Translations under genes and position numbers: made by a program
Part shown: positions 25,561 to 39,149 of the stretch, in pieces
Layout of the letters: every line of letters begins with the position of its first letter
How positions within the stretch are numbered: position 1 is the stretch's first letter
The notes under the pieces: model-generated
Told to the model about the DNA's origin: nothing
The model's input: only the letters and a program-made list of their open reading frames with translations
The model's database searches: none
DNA from: Octopus vulgaris
Taxonomy: Eukaryota
Reading direction: 5' to 3'
NCBI GenBank assembly: GCA_951406725.2
Contig: OX597827.1
Location: 43,152,001 to 43,216,000 of the forward strand
Length of the DNA stretch: 64,000 nucleotides

Positions 25561-25740
25561 GTGAGGAGGCGCGTGGCTTAGTGGTTAGGGTGTCAGCATC
25601 ACGATTGTAAGATTGTGGTTTCGATTCCTGGACCGGGCGACGCATTGTGTTCTTGTGCAAAACACTTCGTTTTACGTTGCTCCAGTCCTAGAAACCAGGA
25701 GACCGGGCCCATGAGCCTGGCTAGGCTTTAAAAGGGCGCC
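25561..25740 (+). mobile_element. SINE family C variant with internal deletion
   Basis: GGCGCGTGGCTTAGTGGTTAGG, B-box TTTCGATTCC, partial core. Confidence 0.75.
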
Positions 25741-26083
25741 CTTTTTGTTTTTTGTCAAGTCTGCTGTCCTTATCCATCAGAAAGGGAGTAAGATTGTTTG
25801 CATGCACTTCAGCTAGGGCCCATCCCATCTTATCGTAAAATGTAGTATAAATAAGTATACCTCGGACAACATTATCCTACGTGACTTTTTACATTTTTTT
25901 CATTTTTTAAAAAAATATCTTCTTGTTGAGACAGTCGGGTGTATTTCGAGGGAGATTTGGCTGCTATATTTACATGGGTCAAAGGACTCTCCCTCTGTGG
26001 CTCGGTGTCACAGTTTCCATAACTGTAGTTGTTGTCGTAGTTGATGTCGTGTAGCAGCAACAACAATGGTGGTGGTGGTGGTG

Positions 26084-26129
<46 letters not shown>

Positions 26130-26543
26130 TAGTAGCAGTAGTAGTAGTAGTAGTAGTAGTAGTGATGGCGGTGGTGGTGGTGGTGTGGAAGGATGTAGAT
26201 ATTTCCTTAAATGGCAAACATTTAAGCATCAAATTGATTTTAATTTTTTTTTTTATGCTCTAACCTCCTTCTAATCACTCTCCTCTTGCTAATACCCTTT
26301 CTCTTTCTCTTTCTCTCTCTCTCTCTCTCTCGCCCTTATTTTAATTCCTTATTTTCCTTCAAACTCATTCCTCCCTTTCTCACCCTCCCCATACTCCCCC
26401 CCTTTCCTCCTGCCCCCATTTTCCTTCTTATTCTGTGTGTTATCTCATCTCATCTCCTCCTTGCTCTGGTTTCCTTTTTCATTCATTCTAGTTTTCATTC
26501 TTCTCTTTCCCTTTCTTCCTTCCTTCTCTACCTTATCCAGTAG

Positions 26544-26578
<35 letters not shown>

Positions 26579-27169
26579 TTCTTCCTTCTCCTCTTTCCGA
26601 TATTCGTTCCTGTTCATATTCATTCTACTTCATTTATTCTTTCCCTTCTTTCTTTCCTCTTATTCCTTCCAATTTAAGACATTCTCCCCCCCCCACTCCG
26701 CCCCCCTCACTCCCTTTTCCATTCTCTCATTCTTTCTTTACTCTTTCTGTTCTATTCCTCTTCCTCTCACTCCTCTCCCTTTCACTCCAGTCCTTCCTGT
26801 TCGCCTACCTGGTCCCTCTGCCTCTGCTGCGTACCACCTCTCCTTGTACTTCATCATTTCCTCATTTCTGGAATTCCTGGCCCGACCCCCACTCCTTCAC
26901 CTCCGCTCACTTTCCTTTTCCCCCCGAATGTTTGTGTTATTGTTCTCGCCAACATCACCTTCGCTATCATAATAACCATCATCATCATCATCATCATCAT
27001 CAATAACATCATCACCATTGGCATCGTTATCGTTATCACCCACATCATTATATCGTCATATCATTAATTCTTCCTCACTACCACTACCACCACCACCACC
27101 ACCATCACCATTGTCGTCAGTGTTACCATCACCATCATCATTATTGCCTTTCCTCCCTTTCTCCTCCTC

Positions 27170-27211
<42 letters not shown>

Positions 27212-27567
27212 CGTCATCATTGAATGTTTTAATTTCCACCCTTTATAACATTCTAGAAACACTTTTGTAGTTTAATTTCAAATTTTTGTCGTTTAACCCC
27301 GCCACCACCACCACCACAACACTCACAGAAACCTATGATTGTTTTATACACTTGGAATATTAATTAATGCTTGCTTTGTGTGTGTATGTGTGTGTGTGCG
27401 TGTGTGTGTTTATGTATGTATGTTTGTATATGTATGTATGTTTATATATATATGTATATATGTATGTATTTATGTACATACGTATATATGTGTGTATATA
27501 TCATATATGTGTGTATATATGTGCATATATATGTGTGTATATATGTGCATATATATGTGTGTATATA

Positions 27568-27599
<32 letters not shown>

Positions 27600-28856
27600 C
27601 ACATATATGTATGTATTTATGTACGTACGTATGTGTGTATATATCATATATATGTGTGTATATATGTACATATATATGTATATGTATAAACACATGTATA
27701 TACATATATATAAGCAGAAACATTCAGAAATACATACAAATGTATAATTGTTTGTGTGTGCGTGTTTGTGCGTGCATGCATATATGTGTGTGTGTTAACC
27801 CATGTATACCCTAACCCTAACCCAAATTCCATTACATACATGTATATATTCACACACACACACACACAATAACTCGTGCACATGCACACACACACGCGTT
27901 GAGTGTTTCGCATAGTTTCCCTTCGATGTTTCCTGATGATTCAAAGAACAGCTGACTGTGTTCCATTTAAAATTTCTCCGTTACCGAGCACACAGGAAGT
28001 AAAGCAATTTGGAAGGATTCGGAAACAATGCACTGCTTAAAAGTACACACAATAACTGCCTGCATCTGTGTGTACGTGTGTGTGAGACTGCGATAAATAT
28101 ACACACACACTCACATATATATATATATGTACCTATATACACACACATACTCACACATGTGTATCTATCTACCCGGCTATCTACCTATCTACCCGGCTAT
28201 CTACCTATCTACCGAGGTATATCATGCACGCACAGACACACGAACACATCTTTTATCTGTTGCATTTCATTCATGTGTTGCTGCTTATCATGCGTCGGCC
28301 CCTTCCATACACCCCTGCCCTTTGTTCTGCGGATTATACGAGGGGGCTTTTATGTGGCTGTATATTCACTTTCTTTCTTCTGTATACCAGGAAAGGAAAC
28401 GGAATACTTAAAACACACAGTTAATTAACTTACAAGGAAAAATACACACACGGATAGAAATAGTTACGTATCTATATAAATATTTATTTATATATATATC
28501 TGTGTGTGTGTATGTATATATATGTGTGTGTATATATATATATGTATATATATATATATGTATGTATGTATATAGATGTATATATATATGTATATTCTAT
28601 ATTATATATATATATGTATATGTATATATATATATGTATGTATATAGATGTATATATATATATGTATATTCTATATTATGTGCAGCAGAAATATAACAAA
28701 AGCTGTTACTCGGAGTTTCATATTACTCTACCTTTGGTATCTGAGTACTCTTTTTTCCACCTTGTTTTCACATTTATGTGCTTACTCCGGTATATATGTA
28801 TATATAAATATATATATATATATGTATGTATATATATCTATATATGTATATATGTA

Positions 28857-29050
28857 TTTTCTTTATTGCTCACTGAGGGCTAAACACAAAGGGGACAAAC
28901 AAAGACAGACAAACGGATTAAGTCGATTACATCGACTCCAGTGCGTAACTGGTACTTATTTAATCGACCTCGAAAGGATGAAAGACAAAGTCGACCTCAG
29001 CGGAATTTGAACTCAGAACGTAGTGGCAGATGAAAAACCGCTAAGCATAT
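28857..29050 (-). mobile_element. SINE family A, 5'-truncated
   Basis: CTGGTACTTATTTAATCGACCTCGAAAGGATGAAAGACAAAGTCGACCTCAGCGGAATTTGAACTCAG. Confidence 0.85.
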
Positions 29051-29164
29051 AGAGAGATGTGTTTGTTTGTGCATATATAGAGATATATGTTGGAAACCAA
29101 ATGAATCATTATCTGATAAAGAACTCAATACATACGAGATAGAGTTAGATATTTATTATCCTTA

Positions 29165-29229
29165 GGGGTTCGATGTAATTGACTTACCCAATCCCCTGAA
29201 ATTACTGGTCCTGTGCCAAAATTTGAAAC

Positions 29230-29292
<63 letters not shown>

Positions 29293-29580
29293 CATCATTA
29301 TTATCATTATTATTATTATCATTGTTGTTGTTGTTGTTGTTGTTATTATTATTATTATTAGCAGAATTAAGGCAGTGAGCTACCAGAATGATTAGCATAC
29401 CAGACAAAATGCTTAGTGGCAGTTTGTCTGTATGGTCCAAGTTCAAATTCCACCAAGGTCGGCTTAGAATTTTATCCATTCATGGTCAATAAAATAATTA
29501 CCATTTGAACACTGGGATTGATGCAACTGATATGGCCCCTTCCTCAAAATTGCTGGCCTTGTACCAACATTTGAACCTGG
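29165..29580 (+). mobile_element. Family A 3' fragment, (TTA)n tail, then a second family A copy (29365-29580)
   Basis: GTGCCAAAATTTGAAACC(ATT)n; GGCAGTGAGCTACCAGAATGATTAGC...GTTCAAATTCC. Confidence 0.7.
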
Positions 29581-29884
29581 TATGTAGGAATGCATGTAGT
29601 GCTGATTTTGATTTAACCATTGGTCATCTTTGATTGTTCTGGCCTGTGACCAAAGATGCTCCAGTTCTGACCACAAACAGGGATGAATAAAACATCAGAC
29701 CATGGTTGGCAGAGAGAAAATGCTGAGGCCTTCATCCAGCAGTGGACTGTACATGTGCATGGATGAAGATGTACCTTGCATAAGGCCATAACACAGCATA
29801 CATACTCTTTTACTCTTTTACTTGTATCATTCATTTGACTGTGGCCATGTTGGAGCACCACCTTTGCCAAATATATATATATAT

Positions 29885-30315
29885 GTATTTGTAATAATAA
29901 AAGTGAAATTTTGTCTGTCCCTCTGGGACCCCTGTATCTCTGTCTACATTCACTCTACATAGACATATTATACCTTTTTGGAATCTGGATGATCCCAGGA
30001 TTGAAAATCTGCCCTTCATTTGGTTCTTGAGCATCCAGCATTAAGATCTGATTTGGGTTGATATTTCTAACAGGTAAAGCTTGGCTGATTCATGCCATCT
30101 TGGTTGGCATTTGTCAAATGATGCCAGAAATCAAGGGGGATATAGATGACATTCGGTTTGTTAATTTTATGCAGAGATAAGAACTTTGGGACAAATTAGC
30201 CAACAGTTGAAATTCAACTTGAGACTGGAACAACAGAAGGATTGCACTACAGAATTAGTTCTCATCCGTCCTTAACCTTTGATCAAACACCACCGGGGCA
30301 TATAGCCATTTTAGA
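29885..30315 (+). mobile_element. Possible Helitron-like non-autonomous element
   Basis: Starts TAATAATAAAAGTGAAATTTTGTCTGTCC, like the 24445-24680 element; GC-rich CACCGGGGC near a putative 3' TAG. Confidence 0.3.
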
Positions 30316-30713
30316 TGTATTATAGTCATGCTATTTAGCTCTCCTTAGTTTTTGGCCACAGGCTTGATTTGCCCTCCACAAGAGCTAGCTTAAAAATCGC
30401 AAAGAGTGCAGCTTTTAAGCTGGTATTTAATAATTCAGTTTGGTGGTAGTGTCTTGAGTCCAAGAATGGCAGTGCAGTAATTTCTTGCTTATCTATTTGC
30501 ACAGATGATTCGCTTATAGTGATCAAATACTTGTGGTGCACATAACCTCACTCCTTTTATCAAATCAACATTACCTGTACAGGTGTGTGGTGTGATTGCA
30601 AAGCAACACGAGATGAGTTGTTTCGCTCACGAACATGACACACTGCCTGTTTCAGGAACTGAACCCATGTTCTCAGAATATGAGTGCAACACCATAACCA
30701 CCTGGCTACACAC

Positions 30714-30774
<61 letters not shown>

Positions 30775-31838
30775 GTGAATTTGTATATTAAACATCATCT
30801 TCTTCCTGGTTCACCTGATCTTTAATTAGAGGATTAACGAGTAGATTTCTGCTTTTTTTTTTTTTCTATTTTGTGGTTTTCATGGTCAAAGTTAATCCCA
30901 CATGATGCCTGTATTTGTTATTCTTGTGCTGATCCCAGATTAGATCATTTTCCGAGAAATGGCTTCAGATTAATGCACCAGAGTACTCATCTCTAACATT
31001 ATCTCGCTTTTTGGGAAGATTATTGTATGTGTATGTTTAGGTGAGTGTGTATATTTATGTGTGTGTGTGTGTATGTACACACACTCACATGTATATATAG
31101 ACTTGTATATACATACATCCATAAACAGATGTACACATATATATATAATATGCATACACACATAGACATACATATACATCCATATATATATAGGGAGAGA
31201 GAGAGAGAGAGATAACAATCTATACACACATACAAACACACACATAAAGACATGTGTATGTATGTCTCTCTCTCTATATATATATATATGTGTGTGTGGA
31301 TAGATAGATAGTGATATGTACATATATAGACATGTATATATATGTTTGTGTGTGTGTATGTAGGTATGTATGAATGTATATGTAAGTATATATATATGTA
31401 TGTATTTATATATATGTACTTACATACACACACACACACATATGTATGGAACTACAGACAGCTATTTAAATTACAATTCCTTGGGCCTTAGTGGTTTCAT
31501 GTTTATCAACAATCATCAGCCAAGGGTGAAAGTTCAGATGTTTGAAGAAAGATGTTCAAAAACCACTTATAAATGTTATTGTTGCCTGTAACATTACACT
31601 TTGATTGATCTTCTAGCTTGTGAAATTATTTTTTTTTGTGAAAATTTCAAAATAACTGTTGGTTGGAACTGTTTCGCAGTAACCACGGATACCTGTTATG
31701 TCTACCAAGCAATTATATATTTAGTCAGGAAAGAGTTATTAGTTGGGTCAAGCTAATTTATTTTACACAAAAAGAAAAAAAAAAAAAATCATAAAATGTC
31801 TCTAAGTGTTGTTTGTCAATATATTGTTCACTAATTGA

Positions 31839-31886
<48 letters not shown>

Positions 31887-32206
31887 ATGTATGTATGTTT
31901 GTATATATACAACAAAGAGTGCTCAACTAGAAAAAGAGGAAATGTAAACAGGATAATCATGAGGTCAAGTGTTTTAAATATGGTTGTGTTTTTCATATAA
32001 AACAAAAGAAAACATTGGTGACTAAGACAAATATATGCAAGGTGATGCCAATAAATAAAAGCCAGAAGATATTATATCACTTTACTTAGATTGTTTAATG
32101 CCTTTATTATATTTCGGGCAAGATTCTCCTTATCAAATATAAGGGAGAAAATAATTCAAGACTTTGGAGAAAATTTGCTATAACTGCTAGACTATTCCGG
32201 TGTATT

Positions 32207-32243
32207 TATTATTATTATTATCATTATTATTATTATTATCATT

Positions 32244-32274
<31 letters not shown>

Positions 32275-32680
32275 TTATTATTTTTATTATTATTATTATT
32301 ATTTAAGCCCTTTACTTTTTGAGGCTAGAGAAAGCAGTAGCTCCCTTCATTTTTGCAGACCCGCCAAGGCTACTGAGAGCAATACTGTTAATATTTTGTT
32401 CAAAATATAGCACCTGCTTTAGTAGCACTTGCAGGAAAAACACAAACAGGGAGAAAACCTCAGAAGGGCAATGCTCTGAGCTGGAAGGACTAGACAGTAT
32501 GGTTTGTTCAGGACCAAAGGGTTGGACGTAACCATAATGACAGAGCGGTGGAGAGATCAATTCACTGGGGATACTTGGATAAAGAAGGTAAAACACCGGC
32601 CAGATCTGAGGAGCAGAGGCCATTATAGTAGCAATAGAAAAGACTTATAGAAAAGGAGGCAGCATATATTTGTGATACAT
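32207..32680 (-). pseudogene. Decayed CR1/L2-group LINE 3' end with (TAA)n tail
   Basis: Minus frame LFYCYYNGLCSSDLAGVLP...SFQLRALPF*GFLPVCVFP matches the CR1-type ORF2 C-terminus 'LFYRYY.G.CSSEL...SF.PRT..LWN.LP..VFP'; multiple stops; adjacent (TAA)n. Confidence 0.7.
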
Positions 32681-32711
32681 ATCAACTAATATTTATATAT
32701 TAATTAATAAT

Positions 32712-32912
32712 CTTTCCTGCTATAGGCGCAAGGCCTGAAATTTTGAAGGGAACGTGTAAATTGATTGCATTGGTTCCAGTGCTCAACTGGTACATTTCAT
32801 CAAACTCGAAATGATGAAAGGCAAAGTTGATCTCTGATTGAAAGTGGGGACTGGAGCAACATAAAATGAAGTGTCTTGCTCAAGAACACAATGTGCTGTC
32901 CAATCAGGGACA
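32712..32912 (-). mobile_element. Family A 3' half joined to a family C fragment
   Basis: CTATAGGCGCAAGGCCTGAAATTTT...GATGAAAGGCAAAGTTGA then GACTGGAGCAACATAAAATGAAGTGTCTTGCTCAAG. Confidence 0.7.
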
Positions 32913-33611
32913 TAATGTATCTAAAATAAAACCCCAAACTGTACACATGTATGTATGCCTGCATATTATTTTCAAGGATTGAAGAGGCACAAAAAAATCT
33001 GCCTTCAGCCCCCAGCAAACCTCTTGTGCCCAACCTACAGCAGACCCCTCTGAGCTTGCATCAAACTGTTTGGCCACAGCTGGACTCAACATGTCCTGTC
33101 TTCCTCTCTCATGCAATGTCCTTGAACATCATGGACAACAACAGGCCAACTAAAATAACATAACATATCTATTTTCATCATAACCATGTGAGATTATTAT
33201 TGCATTATGTCCGTTTGTTCGCACTGGCGTGTGTTGCTATGGCTCCACAGTATTTTGTTGCAGTTTTCTGTCATACGACCAATAGAGCAACTGAGAAAAG
33301 CACTGTTCTTTGTTGTGAAATATGGCAATTTTGGTTTGTTTTTTTTTTTTTTTTACATATTTTTTTTGTTTGTTTTTGAGTGTCTGGATGTCCTTCTTAT
33401 CGCAAACGGCTTATATGGAAGTCATCGTGTTAATATGATGGCGATTAATCTCCATACACATGTGTGTGTGTATGTGTGTGTGTGTGCCTGTGTGTGTGTG
33501 ATGTGACTATTGATGTATTCGTTAGACGGTAATCACCAGGGTCAAGCCCATTAAACTTTCAGTCACTGCAAATCCACCTTCTGTCCAGAAAGAGCTCTAA
33601 CATTGCTCACA

Positions 33612-33655
<44 letters not shown>

Positions 33656-33892
33656 CATATATTCATACTCACTCGCACACCTTTTCACACATTCGCATAT
33701 TCAGGTGATAATTAGTCTGAGATAGATACTGAGTAATTATAAACAAAGTACGCATGGATTTAAGCAACTAGATTACCTATATTCTGAGTTAAGGAGGGAG
33801 GGCATACAGATCTAATTCTGCGATTGTTCTTAATTAATTAAAGAAAAAAAACAAAACAAAGATCACATGAATTTATTAATTACTGTACTCAT

Positions 33893-33926
<34 letters not shown>

Positions 33927-34056
33927 GTATATATGTGTGTGTGTGTGTATTATATATGAGCACATGTCTATGCATATTTGTGTGTGAATGTATATTTATA
34001 TATAATATATGTATGCATGTATGTATGTATGTGTATATGTGTGCTGGGGTTTTATA

Positions 34057-34201
34057 GGCACAGACAGGTGTGTGGTTAAGAAGTTTGCTTTGCGACCGCA
34101 GGATTGCTGGTTCAGCCTTGCCCTTGGGGCGTGGTTTCTGTCTTTTCTATAACTTCAGATTAACCAATGCCTTGTGGATGTCCAGAAGCCAGTTGCATAC
34201 A

Positions 34202-34236
<35 letters not shown>

Positions 34237-34443
34237 CTGTGTTTCACTTGTTTCAGTCGTTAGAGTACAGCCATGCTGTGGTACCTATCTTGAGGGGTTT
34301 AGTTCAAGAAATCAACCAGAGTACTTTTTTTTTAAAGCCTAATACTTACTCTATCAGTCTCTTGGTGATGAACCACTAAGTCATGTGTATGTAAACAAGC
34401 CAACATTGGTGGGACAAAAACACTCACACATACATATACACAC

Positions 34444-34498
<55 letters not shown>

Positions 34499-34505
34499 CA
34501 TACAC

Positions 34506-34548
<43 letters not shown>

Positions 34549-34682
34549 ACAGGCTTTTTCCAGTTTCCGTCTACCGAATCCACTCACAAGGCTTTGGTCG
34601 GCCCGAGGCTATAGTAGAAGACACTTGCCCAAGGTGCCATGCAGCAGGACTTAATCCGAAACCACGTAGTTGTTAAGCAAGC
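34057..34682. mobile_element. Inverted pair of family B copies: degenerate + head (34057-34200) and near-complete - copy (34240-34682)
   Basis: GGTGTGTGGTTAAGAAGTTTGC head versus CAGTTTCCGTCTACCGAATCCACTCACAAGGCTTTGGTCGGCCCGAGGCTATAGTAGAAGACACTTGCCCAAGG. Confidence 0.75.
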
Positions 34683-35275
34683 TAGTGTGTGTGTGGTGGT
34701 GGTGGTGGCGGGGTGTACAGGTACACAATCAATTTCCTGGTATGTTTGGTTCCAAAGCCTTCGTGGATTTACCATTTTTGCAGACCATCCGTGGTCAGGT
34801 GATAATTATTCATCATCATACCTGTAACCTACTAGTTCAACACCTCCTATGCTATTCATACTATGTACCAAAACACCGTGGTCCACATTTTTTCCAACAG
34901 CTCTACTTCGTCCTGGATTGATATGGATTGGCGTTTGCATTCAGCACTACTGTTCTCAGTTCTCATATCTGTTGTAGCTATAGATAGTGGGTAGAGCTTT
35001 AGGCTTAAAATAGCAGGGGATGTCTGAAAATTTTGTATCATCACTTACAAAGGCAATGTAAAATAACACGTGTTGGGCACAGGAAACACACAACGCCACA
35101 TGTGGCCCATGCAGTGAACTAGACTGGCAGCCATGAAAATTTCAAGTTCTTTCTTGTAAGTTGTCCGGATTAAAGGAAGCACTGGATCATTAGTCGCCAG
35201 GAAAATCAGTGTTGCACTATTTTTGTAAGTGTGTGTGCATGCACTGTGCATATGTGTGTGTATATACATATATAA

Positions 35276-35505
35276 AAGGTGTCGACTGGCAGAAACGTTA
35301 GCACGCCGGGCGAAATGCGTAGCCGTATTTCGTCTGCTGTTACATTCTGGGTTCAAATTCCGCCGAGGTCGACTTTGCCTTTCATCCTTTCGGGGTCGAT
35401 AAATTAAGTACCAGTTACGCACTGGGGTTGATGTAATCGACGTAATCCGTTTGTCTGTCCTTGTTTGTTCCCTCTTTGTTTAGCCCCTTGTGGGCAATCA
35501 AGAAA
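35276..35505 (+). mobile_element. SINE family A, full length, young-looking
   Basis: CpG-intact head CTGGCAGAAACGTTAGCACGCCGGGCG, B-box GGTTCAAATTCC, complete core, tail GCCCCTTGTGGGCAATCAAGAAA. Confidence 0.9.
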
Positions 35506-35571
35506 TATATGCATATATATGTGTGTGTGTGTGTATGTATATATTGATAGCATGGAGAACGGACGTTAAAC

Positions 35572-35628
<57 letters not shown>

Positions 35629-36044
35629 ATCTGCATGTATATATTGATATTTATATACATATATCTGCATGTATATATGTATGTCATGTAAACAAAGCTC
35701 ATTGCTGAAGTGGGACGTTTAGTCTATATTCCATATTTAATTCTTTTTCCTTTTCGGTTTCCTGCGACGTAGCCGTACAACACTTCACTTGTGTATGGTG
35801 TGTATAAATCTATATTAGATGCCCTACTTTAACCCTCCTACTGTGACTGGAGGGCTGATGTGTGAGTATGTGTGTGTGTGTAGAGGGAGAGGGATCATGT
35901 GATGTTAGCTGATCACGTACACACGGCATTAAATTACATGTTTGAGGTGTGTGTGTTTGTAGGCGTAGGTGCTTGGATATGTTTACTATTATTATCATCA
36001 TCATCATCATCATCATCATTATTATTATTATTATTATAATTATT

Positions 36045-36260
36045 GAGGCAGTGTGCTGGCAGAATCCCTAGCATGCTGGGCAAAATGCTTGGTGGTATTT
36101 TGTCCATCTTCATGTTTTGGGTTCAAATTCTGCCATGGTCGACTATGCCTTTCGTCCTTTTGGGAACGATAAATTTAGTACCAGTGAGACACTGGGCTTA
36201 GTGTAATTGACTTATCCCCTCATCCAAAAAAATGATTGCCCTTGTGGCAAAATTTGAAAC

Positions 36261-36332
<72 letters not shown>

Positions 36333-36782
36333 TATTATTATTATTATTAAGGTGGCAAGCTGGCAGAGTTGTTTAGCACACTGGGCGAAATGATGCTGCT
36401 AAACATTTCGTCCATCACTGCGTTCTGAGTTCAAATTCCGCTGAAGTCGACTTTGACTTTTCGCCCATTCGGGCTCAATAAATTAAGTACCAGTTGCATA
36501 CCGGGGGAGGAGGGGTCATTCTAATCGACTGCCACCCCCACCTTCCCCCCAAATTGTGCCTAGAGTAGAAAACAATCGTTAGCACACTGGACGAAATGCT
36601 CGGTTGGCATTTCGCTTGTTGCTTCTATCCTGAGTTCAAATTCCACCAAGGTCGGTCGACTTTACCTTTTCACCCTTTCGGGGTCGATAAGATAAGTACC
36701 GGTGAAATACTGGAATCACTGTAATCGACTAGTCCCCTCCCCCCACAAAATTTCGGGCCTTGTGCCTGTAGTAAAATGGAAT
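36045..36782 (+). mobile_element. Head-to-tail cluster of three family A copies (approx. 36045-36262, 36349-36573, 36575-36782)
   Basis: Three GTTCAAATTC B-boxes and cores; (TTA)n before copy 1 and between copies 1 and 2. Confidence 0.85.
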
Positions 36783-37113
36783 ATTATACATTATAATATT
36801 AAAAAATAATATAGCATAATATCGTAATATTATAATATCATATTCTATGCAGTATCATGTTATAATGTTATGTATTGCGATATTATACATTATATGTATA
36901 GTTCAATATAAAGCTTAATTATCCATTATAGTGTGGTATAAGATGTGGTATATTCTAATATAATTACAGCTCCTCTTTAAAACTATAGCTGTCACCACCA
37001 CCATCACTACAACCACCACTACTCCTATTAACCCTTAGTTTTCGGTTTCCACCCCCTCCTCTTATATGGAATTATCCCATCTCACCTCCTCCTAGCACAT
37101 GTGCACACTCCCT

Positions 37114-37150
<37 letters not shown>

Positions 37151-37175
37151 GTGATGCTTTTTTTTGCTCTTCCTT

Positions 37176-37209
<34 letters not shown>

Positions 37210-38329
37210 CTTTGATTTGCTCTCTTTTGTCTCTTTCTCTTAATGATGCCTTACTCTCTCTCTCTCTCTCTCTCTATCTATATATCTCTCCAATCCCCCA
37301 TCACTTCTGCTCCCCTCCTTCTCTTCTTCCCCTTCCACCAATCATTGCCCCTATTCTCCTAAGATCATACCCTCTCCTCCTCCTTTATTCTTTTCCATTT
37401 TCATCTCTTATAGCTCTCCCTCCTTACCCCCACCATCTATTCAATTCTTCACCACCACCACCACCACCACCACCCACCCACTCCTTCATTTATCCACTTA
37501 TACTCTCTCTCTCTCTCTTTCTCTCTTCTCAATGCTATGCTATATGCTTAGCTATGCTATCCTATCCATCTCACCTACCACACTTCTCTTCCTCCTCCTC
37601 CAACAATTGTTCTTCTGTTATAATATGCTCCCTCCCACTTTCACTCCTATTCTATACAAATCTCTTTCTCTACTCCCTCTCTCTCTATATATATCTATCT
37701 ATCCATCTTGCTCTCTCTCTCTCTCTTAACATTTCACCCACCTTCAGTGCAATCAAGGTATGTTATCTCAAACAGCTGGTACAATGTTAAACTATTGTTT
37801 ACCAAAACAGCTGTAGCAGCAACTCCTGTTATTGTTATCATTATTATTATCATCATCATCATCATTATTATTATTATTATTATTATTATTAAAGGGAAGA
37901 TGACTGGAAGCTCCTACAGCACTGCTTCCCCAACCGCCACCAGCATGCCACCCCCCTGTAACCCCCTCTCCATTCCTCCTTCCTCTCCATTCGTTCGGGT
38001 TCTGGGTCTTGCCTTTTTTCTTTCTCTCCCTGTCCCTAACAATTGCCCTTATATTTGCATATACACATGTAATTAGGTGTTGTCAGGGATGTGTGTGTGT
38101 GTGTGTGCTTGTATGTGTGTGCTTGTGTGTGTGTGTGTGTATGTAGATGTGTGTGCATGGGTGCGTATGTGTATGTGTGTGCGCGTGTGCATGTGCAAAT
38201 ATGCATGTTTCTGTTGTGCGTGTGTGTGTGTTCCGTGTGCATGTACACGCTATGTGCATTGATGCATACTTGCACGGATGAATGCACATATGAATAAATA
38301 TATATAAAATATATATTATATATGTATAC

Positions 38330-38435
38330 ATATGTATATATATATTATATGTGTGTGTGTATGTGTGCGTACCTGTAACAGTTTTAAGTATTTATATGAG
38401 TATATGTGTACTTGGCAATATATACATACATACAT

Positions 38436-38484
<49 letters not shown>

Positions 38485-38722
38485 AATATATGTTACCTAA
38501 GTAAATGCATGTGTGCTTGTATATATGTGTGCATATGCACATATACACACACACATACACAAACACACACATACATGCACATATATATATGTATACACAT
38601 GTATATATATATATAATATGTGTGTGTGTACTTGTAATAGTTTTAAGTATTTATATGAGTATGTGTACTTAGCAATACATACATACATGCATATATATAT
38701 ATACATACATACACACACACAA

Positions 38723-38765
<43 letters not shown>

Positions 38766-38905
38766 CATAGATAGAGAGATATAGATATATATATAAATAC
38801 ACACACACATGTCATCTAAGTAAATGCATGTGTGCTTGTATATATGTGTGCACACGCACATATGCACACACATACACACACACAAACACACACACACATG
38901 CACAT
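38330..38905. repeat. Tandem duplication (~260-320 bp) of microsatellite-rich sequence
   Basis: GTTTTAAGTATTTATATGAGTAT at ~38381 and ~38640; CTAAGTAAATGCATGTGTGCTTGTATATATGTGTGC at ~38497 and ~38816. Confidence 0.8.
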
Positions 38906-39149
38906 ATAATGAGGATGTAAGCATCAAGAATATTTCTTCTTCTTTTCATTAATGATGCTCTCCAACACAAGATGCTGTTTCCCAATATCTTATCCATTTC
39001 ACAGAAGAAGAAAAGACTTTTGTCCTCTGAATGACACCCAGCATGCAGGCTGTGGTCGGCTGCACTCGTACAGTGTTGGCAGTAGCAGCGCTGGTGGTGG
39101 CCGTATCATCGGTGTGTGGTGGCTGTTGCAGTAGTGACCTTGTTTGAAG

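Noticed and set aside
27808-27823. Telomere-like CCCTAA repeat
   Set aside because: Only about 2.5 units, which can occur by chance.
32312-32623. 103-aa minus-strand ORF MASAPQIW...
   Set aside because: A different frame on the same strand carries the CR1-type LINE C-terminal motif, so this ORF is incidental.
34700-35240. Unique-looking segment with GTAAGT donor-like sites
   Set aside because: No sustained frame with recognisable homology; it may be a very old LINE remnant but cannot be resolved without a search.
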